A stretch of 64,000 bases of DNA from NCBI GenBank assembly GCA_016699995.1, contig CP064996.1:202357-266356 (forward strand). The letters run 5' to 3'. A program made the translations under genes and the position numbers. The DNA is from a bacterium (GTDB lineage Bacteria; Patescibacteriota; Doudnabacteria; UBA920). Shown here piece after piece: positions 37,775 to 47,599 of the stretch; positions within the stretch are counted from its first letter, which is position 1; every line of letters begins with the position of its first letter. The notes beneath the pieces were generated by a model, which saw only the letters and a list, made by a program, of their open reading frames with translations, was not told where the DNA came from and searched no databases.

Positions 37775-38606
37775 ATGGCAGTTAAAATTTACAAACCAAC
37801 TACACCGGCCCGCCGCCAAACTAGCGTTATAGACTACGCTAAGGTGCTCGATAAAAAGAAAAGACTCCAAAGTCTTTACTGATGAGCAAGGGCAAGAAAG
37901 CCGGCCGCAACAATTCTGGTAAGATTACGGTTCGCCATCGTGGCGGCGGCGCTAACAAAAAAGTCCGTATCGTCGACTTTATTCGTAGCGATCGCAAAGA
38001 TATCCCTGGAACTGTTAAGAGTGTAGAATATGATCCGACCCGCACCGCATTTATCTCTTTAATTCACTATCGAGATGGCGTAAAGCGATTGATCTTAACT
38101 CCAGCCGGTTTAAAGGTTGGCGATCAGGTGATTTATAGCGACACGGCAGAGATCCATCCTGGTAATCGTTTACCAATTTCTAGCATCCTGTTGGTACCAC
38201 TATTCACGATGTAGAATTGATCCCTGGCCAAGGGGGAAAGCTGGCTCGCAGTGCTGGCAGCGGAGTATTATTGCAGAACATCGAAAGCGGTTATGCATTC
38301 CTCAAGCTCCCATCTGGCGAAATCCGCAAAGTTCGCGAAACTTGTACCGCTTCTATTGGAGCAATCTCTAATAGCGACTGGATGAACGTTCGCATCGGTA
38401 AAGCTGGCCGCAAGCGCCATATGGGCTGGAGACCTCAGGTTCGCGGTAAAGTGATGAACCCGGTTGATCACCCTCACGGTGGTGGTGAAGGAAGCAACTC
38501 TATCGGTATGAAATATCCTAAGACTCCTTGGGGTAAGCATGCTCTCGGCGTAAAGACCCGCGACAAGAAGAAGGCTTCCAATAAATTTATTGTTAAGCGC
38601 CGCTAA
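37775..38606 (+). CDS. rplB: 50S ribosomal protein L2, split over three frames
   Basis: [15 protein letters not shown] (37775..) then [21 protein letters not shown] (table ORF 37882..38214) then [12 protein letters not shown]...[12 protein letters not shown] (table ORF 38217..38606). Shifts occur near 37850-37885 (A-runs) and 38190-38215. Confidence 0.85.
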
Positions 38607-38682
38607 GAAGCGCTAACGCATAAGCGTTAGACGAAGCGCTAGGTAAAACTAGCCGCGGCAAAAGAAACGTTAATTACTAATT

Positions 38683-38969
38683 ATGTCTAGAAGTTTAAAA
38701 AAGGTCCATTTATAGATCCTCGCGTCATGAAGAAGGTTTTGGCTGGAAAGCCAGGCGATAAAATCAAGACCTGGGCTCGCGATTGTGCTATTTCTCCAGA
38801 AATGGTTGGTTTTACTTTCATGGTGCACAATGGCCGAACTCATCTCGAAGTATTCGTTACCGAGAATATGGTGGGTCATAAGTTAGGCGAATTTGCTCCG
38901 ACCCGTAAGTTCATCAGTCATGGTGGTAAGCTGGCTAAAGAGCAAAAAGCCGAAGCCGCTTCTAAGTAA
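38683..38969 (+). CDS. rpsS: 30S ribosomal protein S19, frame broken at an A6 run (38697-38702)
   Basis: ATG 38683 gives MSRSLKK then hits a stop. Frame 0 continues [12 protein letters not shown] and table ORF 38727..38969 ([26 protein letters not shown]). One extra A restores the canonical S19. Confidence 0.85.
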
Positions 38970-38990
38970 ACTTTATTTATATCAATTCCA

Positions 38991-39653
38991 ATGGCAGAAA
39001 AAACTGTACAAAAGAATAAGAAAGCTGTTGCTGGCAAATCTACTGCCAAGGCTGTTAAAGCTGCTCCAAAAAAAGCCGCTAGCAAAGTCGCAGCAGGTAA
39101 AAGCGAAGCCGTGGCAACTAAGCCGCTGGTTAAGGCTTTCGCCCGCAATTTGCGCATTTCTCCTCGCAAGGCTGGCTGGTTACCAATCTGGTAAAGAATA
39201 TGCATGCAGGGGATGCGCTAGTTCAGCTTCCAGTTCACCAATAAAAAGGTGCGCCGATGGTGGCAAAGCTAATTCAGTCCGCGATTGCTAATGCAGAGAA
39301 TAATTTCTCGCTAAACCGCGACGGCTTGTACATTAAGAGCATTACCTGCGATATGGGTCCGGTGTTGCAACGCGCGTTTCCTCGTGCTCGCGGCAGCGCT
39401 CTTCATTATCCGCCGCAAGATGGCTCACGTAAATCTGGTATTGGAAGAAAAGGAAGTAAAAAAGAAGAAAACCGCAAAGGTGGCTAAAGTGAAGAAAGCA
39501 GATAAGCCAGTCCAAACTGTAGAAGGTTCTGTTGGAATGCCCGTCGAGAAAGCAGCCAAGATGCCGAAGGAAAAGAAAGTGAAAGAAGTTCATCGCGAGA
39601 ACGAAGGCAGCTTAGTAGATCAAAAGACTGAACCGGAGAATTTAATAAAATAA
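38991..39653 (+). CDS. rplV: 50S ribosomal protein L22 with K/A-rich N- and C-terminal extensions, multiple frame disruptions
   Basis: Table ORF 38991..39194 (K/A-rich, ...RISPRKAG), then LVTNLVKNMHAGDALVQL with an in-frame TAA where Lys is expected, then AKLIQSAIANAENN...PRARGSA (table ORF 39257..), then LFIIRRKMAHVNLVLEEKE plus a Lys-rich tail (table ORF 39384..39653). Confidence 0.75.
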
Positions 39654-39654
39654 T

Positions 39655-40307
39655 ATGGGAAATAAGATTAATCCAACTTCATTTAGACTGAAAGTTACCG
39701 ATACCTGGAAATCCAAATGGTATTCCAAGTTAAACTTTGTCGAGCTGCTTAAGGAAGATGTTCGCATCCGCGAATACTTAGAGAAGCATTTGCGCAAAGC
39801 CGGTCTGTCTCGTATCGATATCGAACGCCTTAATGACGGCACTATTACTATCGTTATCCGCACCACCAAGCCTGGTTTAATTATCGGCAAAGGCGGCGCC
39901 GGCATCGAAGAGTTAAAGAAGCGCGTTAAGAAGCAGCTAAAGATCAAGAGCGAACTCAAAGTTAATATCGAAGAAATTCGTGATGTTAATATGCACGCTC
40001 AGGTTATTGCTAACGGTATCGCCGAACAGATCGAACGCCGTGTCGCTTTTTCGCCGCTTAATGGAAGCAGTCGTTAGAGCAAGTCATGCAGGCCGGAGCT
40101 AAGGGTGTAAAGGTTGCTATCGGTGGGCGTTTGAATGGAGCAGAAATCGCTCGTACCGAACATTTATCCAGCGGTAAGATTCCTCTTCACACCTTGCGTG
40201 CCGACATCGACTACGCTAAGGCTACTGCCCATACTACCTACGGAACTATCGGTATTAAAGTATGGATCTACCGCGGCGACGTCTTCGCTAACAAAGAAGC
40301 TAAATAA
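39655..40307 (+). CDS. rpsC: 30S ribosomal protein S3, split over three frames
   Basis: Table ORF 39655..40077 (KH-domain N-terminus ...[11 protein letters not shown]), a short stretch [10 protein letters not shown] in another frame after T5 at 40046-40050, then table ORF 40086..40307 ([23 protein letters not shown]...). Confidence 0.85.
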
Positions 40308-40335
40308 TTTCTTTCGTTAATATTTCAACAAGTTT

Positions 40336-40743
40336 ATGTTAATTCCAAAAAAGGTCAAACACCGCAAGCATCACCGCGGTCATAACAAAGGCAAGGCTAC
40401 TTCCGGCAATTTTATTGCCTTCGGCAGTTTCGCGCTTAAAGCAATGGAAGGCAGTTTTGTAACTGCCCGCCAGATTGAATCTGCCCGCCGCGCTATGACT
40501 CGCAGTATCAACCGCGGTGGTAAAATTTGGATCCGCATTTTTCCTGACAAGCCGATCACCGATCACGGTAACGAATCTGTAATGGGTAGCGGTAAAGGTG
40601 CTGTATCTCATTTCGTGGCTGTAGTTAAAAAGGGACGCATCTTGTTCGAAATGGACGGAGTACCAGAACCGGCTGCCCGCGAAGCTATGCGCCTTGCGGC
40701 ACATAAACTTCCGGTAAAGACTAAATTCTTAATTAAGGCTTAA
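40336..40743 (+). CDS. rplP: 50S ribosomal protein L16
   Basis: 135 aa intact; [11 protein letters not shown]...RMGSGKG. Confidence 0.95.
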   Translation: MLIPKKVKHRKHHRGHNKGKATSGNFIAFGSFALKAMEGSFVTARQIESARRAMTRSINRGGKIWIRIFPDKPITDHGNESVMGSGKGAVSHFVAVVKKGRILFEMDGVPEPAAREAMRLAAHKLPVKTKFLIKA

Positions 40744-40747
40744 AGTT

Positions 40748-40935
40748 ATGAAGTATTCAGAAGTTACAACTCAATCTGTAAGAGCTTTACGAAAGGAATT
40801 GGCTACTTTGCAGGAAAAGCGCGAAAACCTGAAGATGAAGATCAAGCTTGGCCAGGTCAAGAACACCAACGAGCTTTCTCTTGTAAAAAGGATATCGCTC
40901 GCATTCTAACTCATCTTAATTCAGGGAGCAACTAA
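40748..40935 (+). CDS. rpmC: 50S ribosomal protein L29, frame broken at an A5 run (40885-40889)
   Basis: MKYSEVTTQSVRALRKELATLQEKRENLKMKIKLGQVKNTNELSLVKR then shifts; adding one A gives ...KKDIARILTHLNSGSN*. Confidence 0.7.
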
Positions 40936-40948
40936 GTAATCTAAATTT

Positions 40949-41194
40949 ATGGAAAAGCATATTACAAAACAACAGATGTCTGGAACCGTTGTCTCGAATA
41001 AGATGGATAAAACTGTTGTGGTAAAAGTAGATGTGATCAAGCGTCACCCTAAATACCACAAGAGCTACACTAAGTCCTATCGATTCAAGGCTCACGATGC
41101 AGATAATAGCTGCGAGATCGGCGACAAGGTCGTTATCGAAGCTATCCGCCCAATGAGCCGCGACAAGAAGTTCGCTGTCATCAAGAAAGCCTAA
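40949..41194 (+). CDS. rpsQ: 30S ribosomal protein S17
   Basis: 81 aa intact; GTVVSNKMDKTVVVKV...HDADNSCEIGDKV. Confidence 0.93.
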   Translation: MEKHITKQQMSGTVVSNKMDKTVVVKVDVIKRHPKYHKSYTKSYRFKAHDADNSCEIGDKVVIEAIRPMSRDKKFAVIKKA

Positions 41195-41275
41195 GCGCAA
41201 AGCGCAGGCTCTGGCGCTAATCTTAATTAGAGCGCCTCGCACGACCCGTGCATTACTTAATCTTTTAATAATCGT

Positions 41276-41647
41276 ATGTTACAAATTCGATCTTACATTA
41301 AAATAGCAGACAATACTGGCGCTAAAGTCGTCAACTTGTTCAGCGTGAACGGAAAAAACAAGCGACGTTACGCCCGGGTTGGTGACATTGTTGCTGGTAG
41401 CGTTCGTCAGGCCGCGCCTAATGGTTCGGTTAAGAAAGGCGATAAGATTTACGCTGTAATTGTCCGCACTAAGAAAGAAATCCGCCGCAAGGACGGTTCT
41501 TACATCCGATTTGATGAAAACGCTGGCGTATTGGTAGATAAGGAAAAAGGCGAACCGAAAGGTACCCGTATCTTTGGTCCGATCCCTCGCGAAGTTCGTG
41601 ATGCCGGTTTCGCAAAGATTGCGTCATTAGCACCAGAAGTTATCTAA
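41276..41647 (+). CDS. rplN: 50S ribosomal protein L14
   Basis: 123 aa; [17 protein letters not shown]... canonical. Confidence 0.95.
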   Translation: MLQIRSYIKIADNTGAKVVNLFSVNGKNKRRYARVGDIVAGSVRQAAPNGSVKKGDKIYAVIVRTKKEIRRKDGSYIRFDENAGVLVDKEKGEPKGTRIFGPIPREVRDAGFAKIASLAPEVI

Positions 41648-41656
41648 TTTATATAT

Positions 41657-41980
41657 ATGAGTAAAGCAAAGTTAAAAATTAAGAAAGGCGACACCGTAAA
41701 GGTTTTGTCTGGTAAAGATAAAGGTAAGACTGGAAAAGTGTTGCGCGTTCTTCCTACTGCTGGAAAAGTAGTGGTAGAAAACGTCAACATGCATACTAAG
41801 TTCGAGCGCAGCCGTCGTGCTGGTCAGCCGGGTCAGCGAATTACTTTCGCTGGAGCTATGGCTGCTTCCAAAGTGATGGTTGTCGATCCAAATTCTGGCA
41901 ATCCAACCCGTATCGGCTACCAGATCCTGGAAAATGGCACTAAGCAGAGAATCGCTAAGCAGAGTGGAAAGGCTATCTAA
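41657..41980 (+). CDS. rplX: 50S ribosomal protein L24
   Basis: 107 aa; KOW motif KIKKGDTVKVLSGKDKGKTGKV. Confidence 0.93.
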   Translation: MSKAKLKIKKGDTVKVLSGKDKGKTGKVLRVLPTAGKVVVENVNMHTKFERSRRAGQPGQRITFAGAMAASKVMVVDPNSGNPTRIGYQILENGTKQRIAKQSGKAI

Positions 41981-41984
41981 TATT

Positions 41985-42524
41985 ATGAACCGTTTACAAG
42001 AACAATATAATAAAGAGATCGTTCCAGCTCTAAAGGAAAAATTCGGCTACAAGAATATTATGGCTGTGCCGAAGATCAAGCAGATCAACCTTAACGTGGG
42101 TGTCGGCCGTTTCCTAAAAGATAACCGCTTTATGGAATCTTTGAAAAAAGATTTCACTAAGCTGGCTGGTCAGGCTCCCGTAGAAACTATGGCACGCAAG
42201 TCTATCGCTGGATTCAAAATCCGCGAAGGCCAGCAAGTCGGCCTTACTGTCACTTTGCGCGGAACCCGTATGTATGAATTCCTGGATAAGCTTATCAGTA
42301 TCGGCATGCCTCGCGTTAAAGATTTCCGTGGCGTTTCCCGCAAAGGTTTCGACGGTCGCGGTAACTATAACCTTGGTCTTAAAGAGCATCTCGTATTCCC
42401 AGAAATTTCTCAGGATGCACTCGAACATATTTTCGGTCTTCAGGTAACGATTGTAACGAACGCAGGAGAAGACGAACCTGCATACCAATTATTAAAGCAA
42501 ATGAAGTTTCCCTTTAAGGATTAA
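41985..42524 (+). CDS. rplE: 50S ribosomal protein L5
   Basis: Start trimmed to ATG 41985 ([20 protein letters not shown]); the table ORF starts upstream inside rplX. Confidence 0.93.
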   Translation: MNRLQEQYNKEIVPALKEKFGYKNIMAVPKIKQINLNVGVGRFLKDNRFMESLKKDFTKLAGQAPVETMARKSIAGFKIREGQQVGLTVTLRGTRMYEFLDKLISIGMPRVKDFRGVSRKGFDGRGNYNLGLKEHLVFPEISQDALEHIFGLQVTIVTNAGEDEPAYQLLKQMKFPFKD

Positions 42525-42532
42525 TTAAAACA

Positions 42533-42727
42533 ATGGCTAAAAAATCTCTAATCGCAAAAGCAAATAGAAGCTTAACAAAGCCGAAATTCTCTACCAGAGT
42601 AATTCGCCGTTGTTTTAAGTGTGGTCGAAAAGCGGCTTTCATGAGAGACTTCTCTCTTTGCCGTATTTGCTTCCGAGAACTAGCTAGCCGTGGAGAAATC
42701 CCTGGTGTAACCAAGTCCTCCTGGTAG
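42533..42727 (+). CDS. rpsZ: 30S ribosomal protein S14 type Z (zinc-binding)
   Basis: 64 aa; CxxC...CxxC (CFKCGR...CRIC). Confidence 0.93.
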   Translation: MAKKSLIAKANRSLTKPKFSTRVIRRCFKCGRKAAFMRDFSLCRICFRELASRGEIPGVTKSSW

Positions 42728-42743
42728 AACTAAATCTAATTAT

Positions 42744-43137
42744 ATGTACACAGATCCAATTTCCGACATGTTAACCCGCATTCGCAATGCCCTGGCTAGC
42801 CGCAAGGCCGATTTAGTCATGCCTTACTCCAAGTTCAAACACAGCTTAGCTAAAGTCCTTTTAGAAGAAGAACTGTAGCTGGCGTTAACGAACTCCCAGG
42901 CCGCGTCAAAATGCTGCAGATCAATTTTAAAGTATGATCAAGGCGGGAAGCCCGGTCATCTCTGGCGTGAAACGCGTTAGTACTCCAGGCCAAAGAATCT
43001 ATTTGCCAGTTACCAAAATTCCTCGCACTAATGGCGGTTTCGGCGTGACTGTAGTATCTACATCTAAAGGTCTAGTTACAGATAAGCGTGCCCGCAAGGA
43101 CCGCATTGGCGGTGAAGTAATCTGCCAAGTCTGGTAG
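42744..43137 (+). CDS. rpsH: 30S ribosomal protein S8, several frame disruptions
   Basis: [16 protein letters not shown] (ATG 42744) then [19 protein letters not shown] (another frame) then YDQGGKP then table ORF 42934..43137 ([16 protein letters not shown]...GGEVICQVW). Confidence 0.8.
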
Positions 43138-43153
43138 GGATAATTTTAAATAT

Positions 43154-43735
43154 ATGAGTAGAATAGGAAAAAACCAGTCATCTTACCGCAAGGCATTACT
43201 GCCGAGCTAAAAGACAATCATCTTACTATCAAAGGTAGCAAGGGTAGTTTAGAATTAGATATTCACCCAAAGGTTTTGGTAGAAGTTAAGGATGGGGGAA
43301 GTGACTGTAGACGTTGCAAAGAAAGAGAATAAGCAAGAAAAAGCTCTTTGGGGTTTGTTCCGCGCTTTGGTTCAGAACATGGTAGACGGCTTAACCACCG
43401 GCTACACTAAGCAGCTCGATATCGTCGGCGTAGGTTTTAAGGCAGAAAGCCGCGGCCAGAGCTTAATTTTGAACTTGGGTTTCTCTCACCCAATTGATTT
43501 TCCAATCCCAACTGGTATTGAAGTAAAAGTCGAAAAAGATCCAGCTAAAGTAACTATCCAGCAGTATCAAACCACGGTTACTTTAACCGGTATTGATAAG
43601 CAATTAGTCGGTCAGGTTGCAGCAAATATTCGCGAATTAAAGAAGCCAGAGCCTTACAAAGGCAAAGGTATCCGTTATAGCGATGAAACTATCCTGCGCA
43701 AGGCTGGTAAAGTTGTTAAAGCAGTAGGTAAGTAA
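43154..43735 (+). CDS. rplF: 50S ribosomal protein L6, frame broken at A6 (43168-43173) and G5 (43294-43298)
   Basis: MSRIGK then (K)[41 protein letters not shown] then table ORF 43292..43735 ([19 protein letters not shown]...). Confidence 0.85.
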
Positions 43736-43739
43736 ACAT

Positions 43740-44093
43740 ATGAACAAACAACAGCACAAAATTTTAAAGCATAACTTACGCAAAGGTCGCGTTCGCAGCC
43801 GTGTTAGCGGTACCGAATCTCGCCCTCGTTTAAGCGTGTTCCGTTCTAATACTCAGATCTACGCTCAGATTATCGATGACGTTACTGGCAAGACTTTAGC
43901 CGCTACTTCTAGTATTAATCTGAAGGCTACCGGTAAAAAAGTAGACCAGGCTGTTAATGTTGGAAAAGACATCGCAGCGAAAGCAACCGCAGCTGGTATT
44001 AAAGCAGTTGTGTTTGATCGCGGTGGCTACAAGTACCACGGCCGAGTTAAAGCATTAGCAGACGCAGCTCGCGAAGCTGGGCTACAATTTTAA
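43740..44093 (+). CDS. rplR: 50S ribosomal protein L18
   Basis: 117 aa intact. Confidence 0.93.
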   Translation: MNKQQHKILKHNLRKGRVRSRVSGTESRPRLSVFRSNTQIYAQIIDDVTGKTLAATSSINLKATGKKVDQAVNVGKDIAAKATAAGIKAVVFDRGGYKYHGRVKALADAAREAGLQF

Positions 44094-44107
44094 TTTAATT
44101 CAAATAT

Positions 44108-44593
44108 ATGGATAAGAGACCTCGCAGAAACAATCAAAGAGACGGCGGCGAAGCCCGCGAATTCGACCAGAAAGTGGTAGAAATTAGCCGCGTAACCCGC
44201 GTAACCGGCGGCGGTAAGCGTATGCGTTTTCGTGCTTTGGTGGTAATTGGTGACCACAAAGGCAAAGTTGGTATTGGCTTGCGCAAAGGTATGGATGTAA
44301 CCGGAGCTGTAAACAAAGCTGTGAATGCCGCTAAGAAAAGCATGATTACTGTACCGATTGTGAATGATACCATTCCTCATCAAGTTAATATCAAATATAA
44401 GGCTAGCAAACTGCTAATGATCCCAGCCCGTCCTGGTACCGGTGCGATTGCCGGCGGTGCTGTTCGCAGCGTATTAGACATGGCAGGCGTTAAGAATGTG
44501 ATCAGCAAAATGATCGGTTCTAACAATAAGACTAACAACGTTCGTGCTGCATACAGAAGCTTTCAAAATGATGCGCAGCAAAGAAGATATTAA
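44108..44593 (+). CDS. rpsE: 30S ribosomal protein S5
   Basis: 161 aa; SRVTRVTGGGKRMRFRALVVIGD. Confidence 0.95.
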   Translation: MDKRPRRNNQRDGGEAREFDQKVVEISRVTRVTGGGKRMRFRALVVIGDHKGKVGIGLRKGMDVTGAVNKAVNAAKKSMITVPIVNDTIPHQVNIKYKASKLLMIPARPGTGAIAGGAVRSVLDMAGVKNVISKMIGSNNKTNNVRAAYRSFQNDAQQRRY

Positions 44594-44647
44594 AAAGAGC
44601 CGCGCCTAATTAACTGCAGCGAATAATTCGCAGCGTAATTTAAATAT

Positions 44648-45082
44648 ATGATTAAACTTCATCAATTAAAACGTCATCCAAAATCCACTAAGCGCCGCAA
44701 AGTTGTCGGCCGCGGTATTGGTAGTGGTCATGGTACCTATTCTACTCGTGGTGCAAAAGGGCAGAAGGCTCGCAGCGGTCACTCTAAGTCTCCGGCAGCA
44801 TTCGAAGGCGGACGTCAGCCACTGGTACGCCAGATTAAAAAGCTTCGCGGTTTTAAGAGCTTGGCGCCAAACGCTCAAGCGATTAAGCTCGACTTGCTTA
44901 ACAAGTTTGACGACGGTGCCGAAGTAACTTTGAACAGCTTGATCGCTAAAGGCATTGTTGCTTCTACCACTAAGAAAGTTAAACTCTTGAAGGGTGAGTT
45001 AAAGCGCAAGCTAACAGTAAAAGTTCCCGCATCTGGCACTGCTAAGTCTGCAATCGAAGCAGCAGGCGGTTCAGTTAAATAA
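44648..45082 (+). CDS. rplO: 50S ribosomal protein L15
   Basis: 144 aa; KRVGRGIGSGHGTYSTRGAKGQKARSG. Confidence 0.93.
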   Translation: MIKLHQLKRHPKSTKRRKVVGRGIGSGHGTYSTRGAKGQKARSGHSKSPAAFEGGRQPLVRQIKKLRGFKSLAPNAQAIKLDLLNKFDDGAEVTLNSLIAKGIVASTTKKVKLLKGELKRKLTVKVPASGTAKSAIEAAGGSVK

Positions 45083-45088
45083 ATCAGA

Positions 45089-45191
45089 GCTCACAGTGAA
45101 TTTTTGATCACCGTCGCTGAACAGCTACGACCAGCTTCGCTGGTCTGGGCAGTGAGGCTCCTTTGACCAAAAATTCACTGTGAGCTGTTTT
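45089..45191 (+). promoter_or_regulatory. long near-perfect inverted repeat / structured element between rplO and secY
   Basis: Arms gctcacagtgaatttttg (45089-45106) and caaaaattcactgtgagc (45168-45185), an 18-bp perfect complement, around a ~61-nt loop that holds an internal gaccagc-ttc-gctggtc hairpin; followed by tgtttt. Confidence 0.6.
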
Positions 45192-45249
45192 ATTTCTTAT
45201 CCCATAAATCAATTAGACCCGAATCTCCGGGTAGAGTATAATACTAAAT

Positions 45250-46527
45250 ATGAACAAATTAAGCTTAATTTGGAAAACAAAAGATTTGCGCTGGAAGATT
45301 TTCATGGTGCTTCTTCTGCTCCTTGCTACCCGTGTTTTATCTCATATTCCAATCCCTGGGATCAGCGTAACTGGTCTTCGCGCCTTCTTCGAAAGCAATC
45401 AGTTCTTAAACTTATTGAATATTTTCTCAGGCGGAGGCTTGAGCAACTTTTCTATTGTACTGCTTGGTGTCGGTCCTTACATTACCGCATCTATTATTAT
45501 GCAGTTATTGACCATGATCGTGCCTTCTTTGACTGAGCTGCAGAAGGAAAGCGGAGAAGCCGGCCGACAGAAGATTAATCAATACACCCGCTTCTTAACC
45601 ATCCCTTTGGCGGTACTCTCTGGGTTTGGAACTATCCGATTATTGCAAAGTCAAGGCGGTGCAGAACTCCTTGGTACTTTTTCTCCTTTCCAGTGGTTCT
45701 TAACTTTGTTGACCGTTACAGCCGGCACTATGTTCATCATGTGGATCGGTGAAATTATTTCCGAATACGGGATTGGTAACGGTATTTCTTTAATTATATT
45801 TGCGGGTATCGTTTCTCAGCTCCCAACCAGTGTTGGTTCTTTGATCCAACTTTATGATCCAAGCCAGCTGCCGACAATTATTGCGTTTGCAGTGGCGATC
45901 TTGGTGGTAATTGCTAGCGTGGTTATGGTTAGCGAAGCCCAGCGCAACGTACCGGTTACATACGCCAAGCGCGTGGCAGGGGATAAGCAAGTCGGCGGAG
46001 TAAACTCCTTCTTGCCGCTGCGCTTAAACCAAGCCGGTGTAATCCCGATTATTTTTGCAATTTCTTTATTGCTATTCCCGGCGATCATTGCCCAATTCTT
46101 CTTAAACGCTAAAACCCCAATCATTGCAGAATACGCGCAGAAGGCGATTGACTTTACCAACAATCAGGGCGTTTGGTATGGTGTGGCCTACTTTGTATTA
46201 GTTGTGATGTTTACTTACTTCTATACGAACATCGTTGTGAATCCAGATGAAGTGTCCGAAAATATGCAACGCAGCGGCGGATTTGTCCCGGGTATTCGCC
46301 CTGGCAAACAGACTGCCGACTATCTGTACAAAGTTCTGAATCGTATTACTTTGCCTGGTTCTTTGTTCCTGGGCTTGATTGCAATCCTTCCTTTTATCGT
46401 TCAGTATTTTACCGGCACGCAGGCGCTGACCTTTGGTGGTACCGGCTTGTTGATCGTTGTAGCGGTGGTTATTGAAAGCATCAAGCAAGTGGAAGCCCAG
46501 CTGACCATGCATGACTATCAGAAATAA
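45250..46527 (+). CDS. secY: Preprotein translocase subunit SecY
   Basis: 425 aa, 10 TM; conserved SecY blocks (ITASIIMQLLT, GEAGRQKINQYTR). Confidence 0.95.
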   Translation: MNKLSLIWKTKDLRWKIFMVLLLLLATRVLSHIPIPGISVTGLRAFFESNQFLNLLNIFSGGGLSNFSIVLLGVGPYITASIIMQLLTMIVPSLTELQKESGEAGRQKINQYTRFLTIPLAVLSGFGTIRLLQSQGGAELLGTFSPFQWFLTLLTVTAGTMFIMWIGEIISEYGIGNGISLIIFAGIVSQLPTSVGSLIQLYDPSQLPTIIAFAVAILVVIASVVMVSEAQRNVPVTYAKRVAGDKQVGGVNSFLPLRLNQAGVIPIIFAISLLLFPAIIAQFFLNAKTPIIAEYAQKAIDFTNNQGVWYGVAYFVLVVMFTYFYTNIVVNPDEVSENMQRSGGFVPGIRPGKQTADYLYKVLNRITLPGSLFLGLIAILPFIVQYFTGTQALTFGGTGLLIVVAVVIESIKQVEAQLTMHDYQK

Positions 46528-46533
46528 TTAAAA

Positions 46534-46552
46534 CCCTCGCAAGAGGGTTTTT
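46534..46552 (+). terminator. Rho-independent terminator after secY
   Basis: ccctc-gcaa-gaggg plus T5. Confidence 0.6.
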
Positions 46553-46583
46553 AATTTTGTTTAAACTCTATTACATGGCCAAT

Positions 46584-46617
46584 AAAAAACCCCGTCAATT
46601 TGACGAGGTTATTTTTT
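46584..46617. terminator. bidirectional hairpin terminator
   Basis: A6-ccccgtcaa-ttt-gacgagg-ttaT6; serves the minus-strand gene at 46631. Confidence 0.5.
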
Positions 46618-46630
46618 AAATTGGTAATAT

Positions 46631-47599
46631 TTAGGCTGTGCTTTTATCGGCAATCAGCTTATCCATAGGCGATTGGCCAGAGTTTAGCTGCTTAGCATTA
46701 TCGACCATATCTATTCCGACGTTATTGACTTTGCTCACTTCAGACCCTATCTCACGGAGTTTGTTTATTTGTCCTTCAAATAGGCGTGTTGCAGTATCAT
46801 TAACCGATTCATAGCTACCCCCAGCATATTTTTGTATGAGAGGGTCAGCCTCTGATACGCTACGCAGGTCATTGACCATCTTGCTTAGTTCTCTGGAAAC
46901 CTGTTCTGCTATTTGCATTTGGGCTTCTGTTTGGTCTCTCACTGCTATCAATTCTTCAGGGGCGCGGATGGCGCTGAGTTGAGAAGCGATGTTGTCCCGT
47001 GTCTCTTCGACCGCCTTTTTTTGGCTTGTATTTAGGAATCTATCTTCCTGAATAATTCTTTCGATCTTGCTCAGATCGTTTTCCAGCTCGAATCTTAAGC
47101 TATGTAATGCAGAGCTTACGTCGGCCTTAGCGTTTTCGAATTTGATCCTGAGTGCTGGTATTTTACACTCGCTGAGGAATTTATGCATCTCATCCATGCG
47201 AAAGATTGGGTCTATGAGAAACTGTCCCCTCATTTTACCCACCTGGGTAGATGTTCTTTTTGAGCTTCTTAAAATGCGCTCGGTGCGATCTTTAAGATAA
47301 AAGAAATTGGCACCCAGATAGCTGCCGATGGCTGCGCAAAGGAACCCTAACCCAATTCTTAGTGCTAGCCAGGGGACCCCAAATTCAGGGAAGTAAGGGT
47401 CGATGATGAAGACTCCTATGGTTGAAGCAACTAAAAACGCAAACAATATATTTCCGATTAAACCGCCTATCCTGGAATATAATTCTTTTCTGGTAGGGGG
47501 TTTGATGCTATCTTTCCAAAATTCCTCTAGTTCCGGCATCAGCCAGTCAAAACTGGTAGAATCCAAATAGGCTTTCGCCATATTATCAATTGATGACAT
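46631..47599 (-). CDS. hypothetical membrane-anchored coiled-coil protein
   Basis: 322 aa; two N-terminal TM helices then a long helical/coiled-coil region. Confidence 0.45.
   Translation of the reverse strand: MSSIDNMAKAYLDSTSFDWLMPELEEFWKDSIKPPTRKELYSRIGGLIGNILFAFLVASTIGVFIIDPYFPEFGVPWLALRIGLGFLCAAIGSYLGANFFYLKDRTERILRSSKRTSTQVGKMRGQFLIDPIFRMDEMHKFLSECKIPALRIKFENAKADVSSALHSLRFELENDLSKIERIIQEDRFLNTSQKKAVEETRDNIASQLSAIRAPEELIAVRDQTEAQMQIAEQVSRELSKMVNDLRSVSEADPLIQKYAGGSYESVNDTATRLFEGQINKLREIGSEVSKVNNVGIDMVDNAKQLNSGQSPMDKLIADKSTA

Noticed and set aside
38893-39291. 132-aa ORF overlapping L22
   Set aside because: Alternative frame of rplV created by the frame disruptions; the L22-like residues are in the other frames.
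37300-43300. Calling the frame-split ribosomal-protein genes pseudogenes or programmed frameshifts
   Set aside because: Eight essential genes cannot all be inactivated, the breaks coincide with homopolymers and some involve compensating +1/-1 pairs; sequencing or assembly error is the parsimonious explanation.
45180-45536. 118-aa ORF overlapping the inverted repeat and the 5' end of secY
   Set aside because: Different frame from the well-supported SecY N-terminus (MNKLSLIWKTKDLRWKIFMVLLLL...); no homology; spurious.
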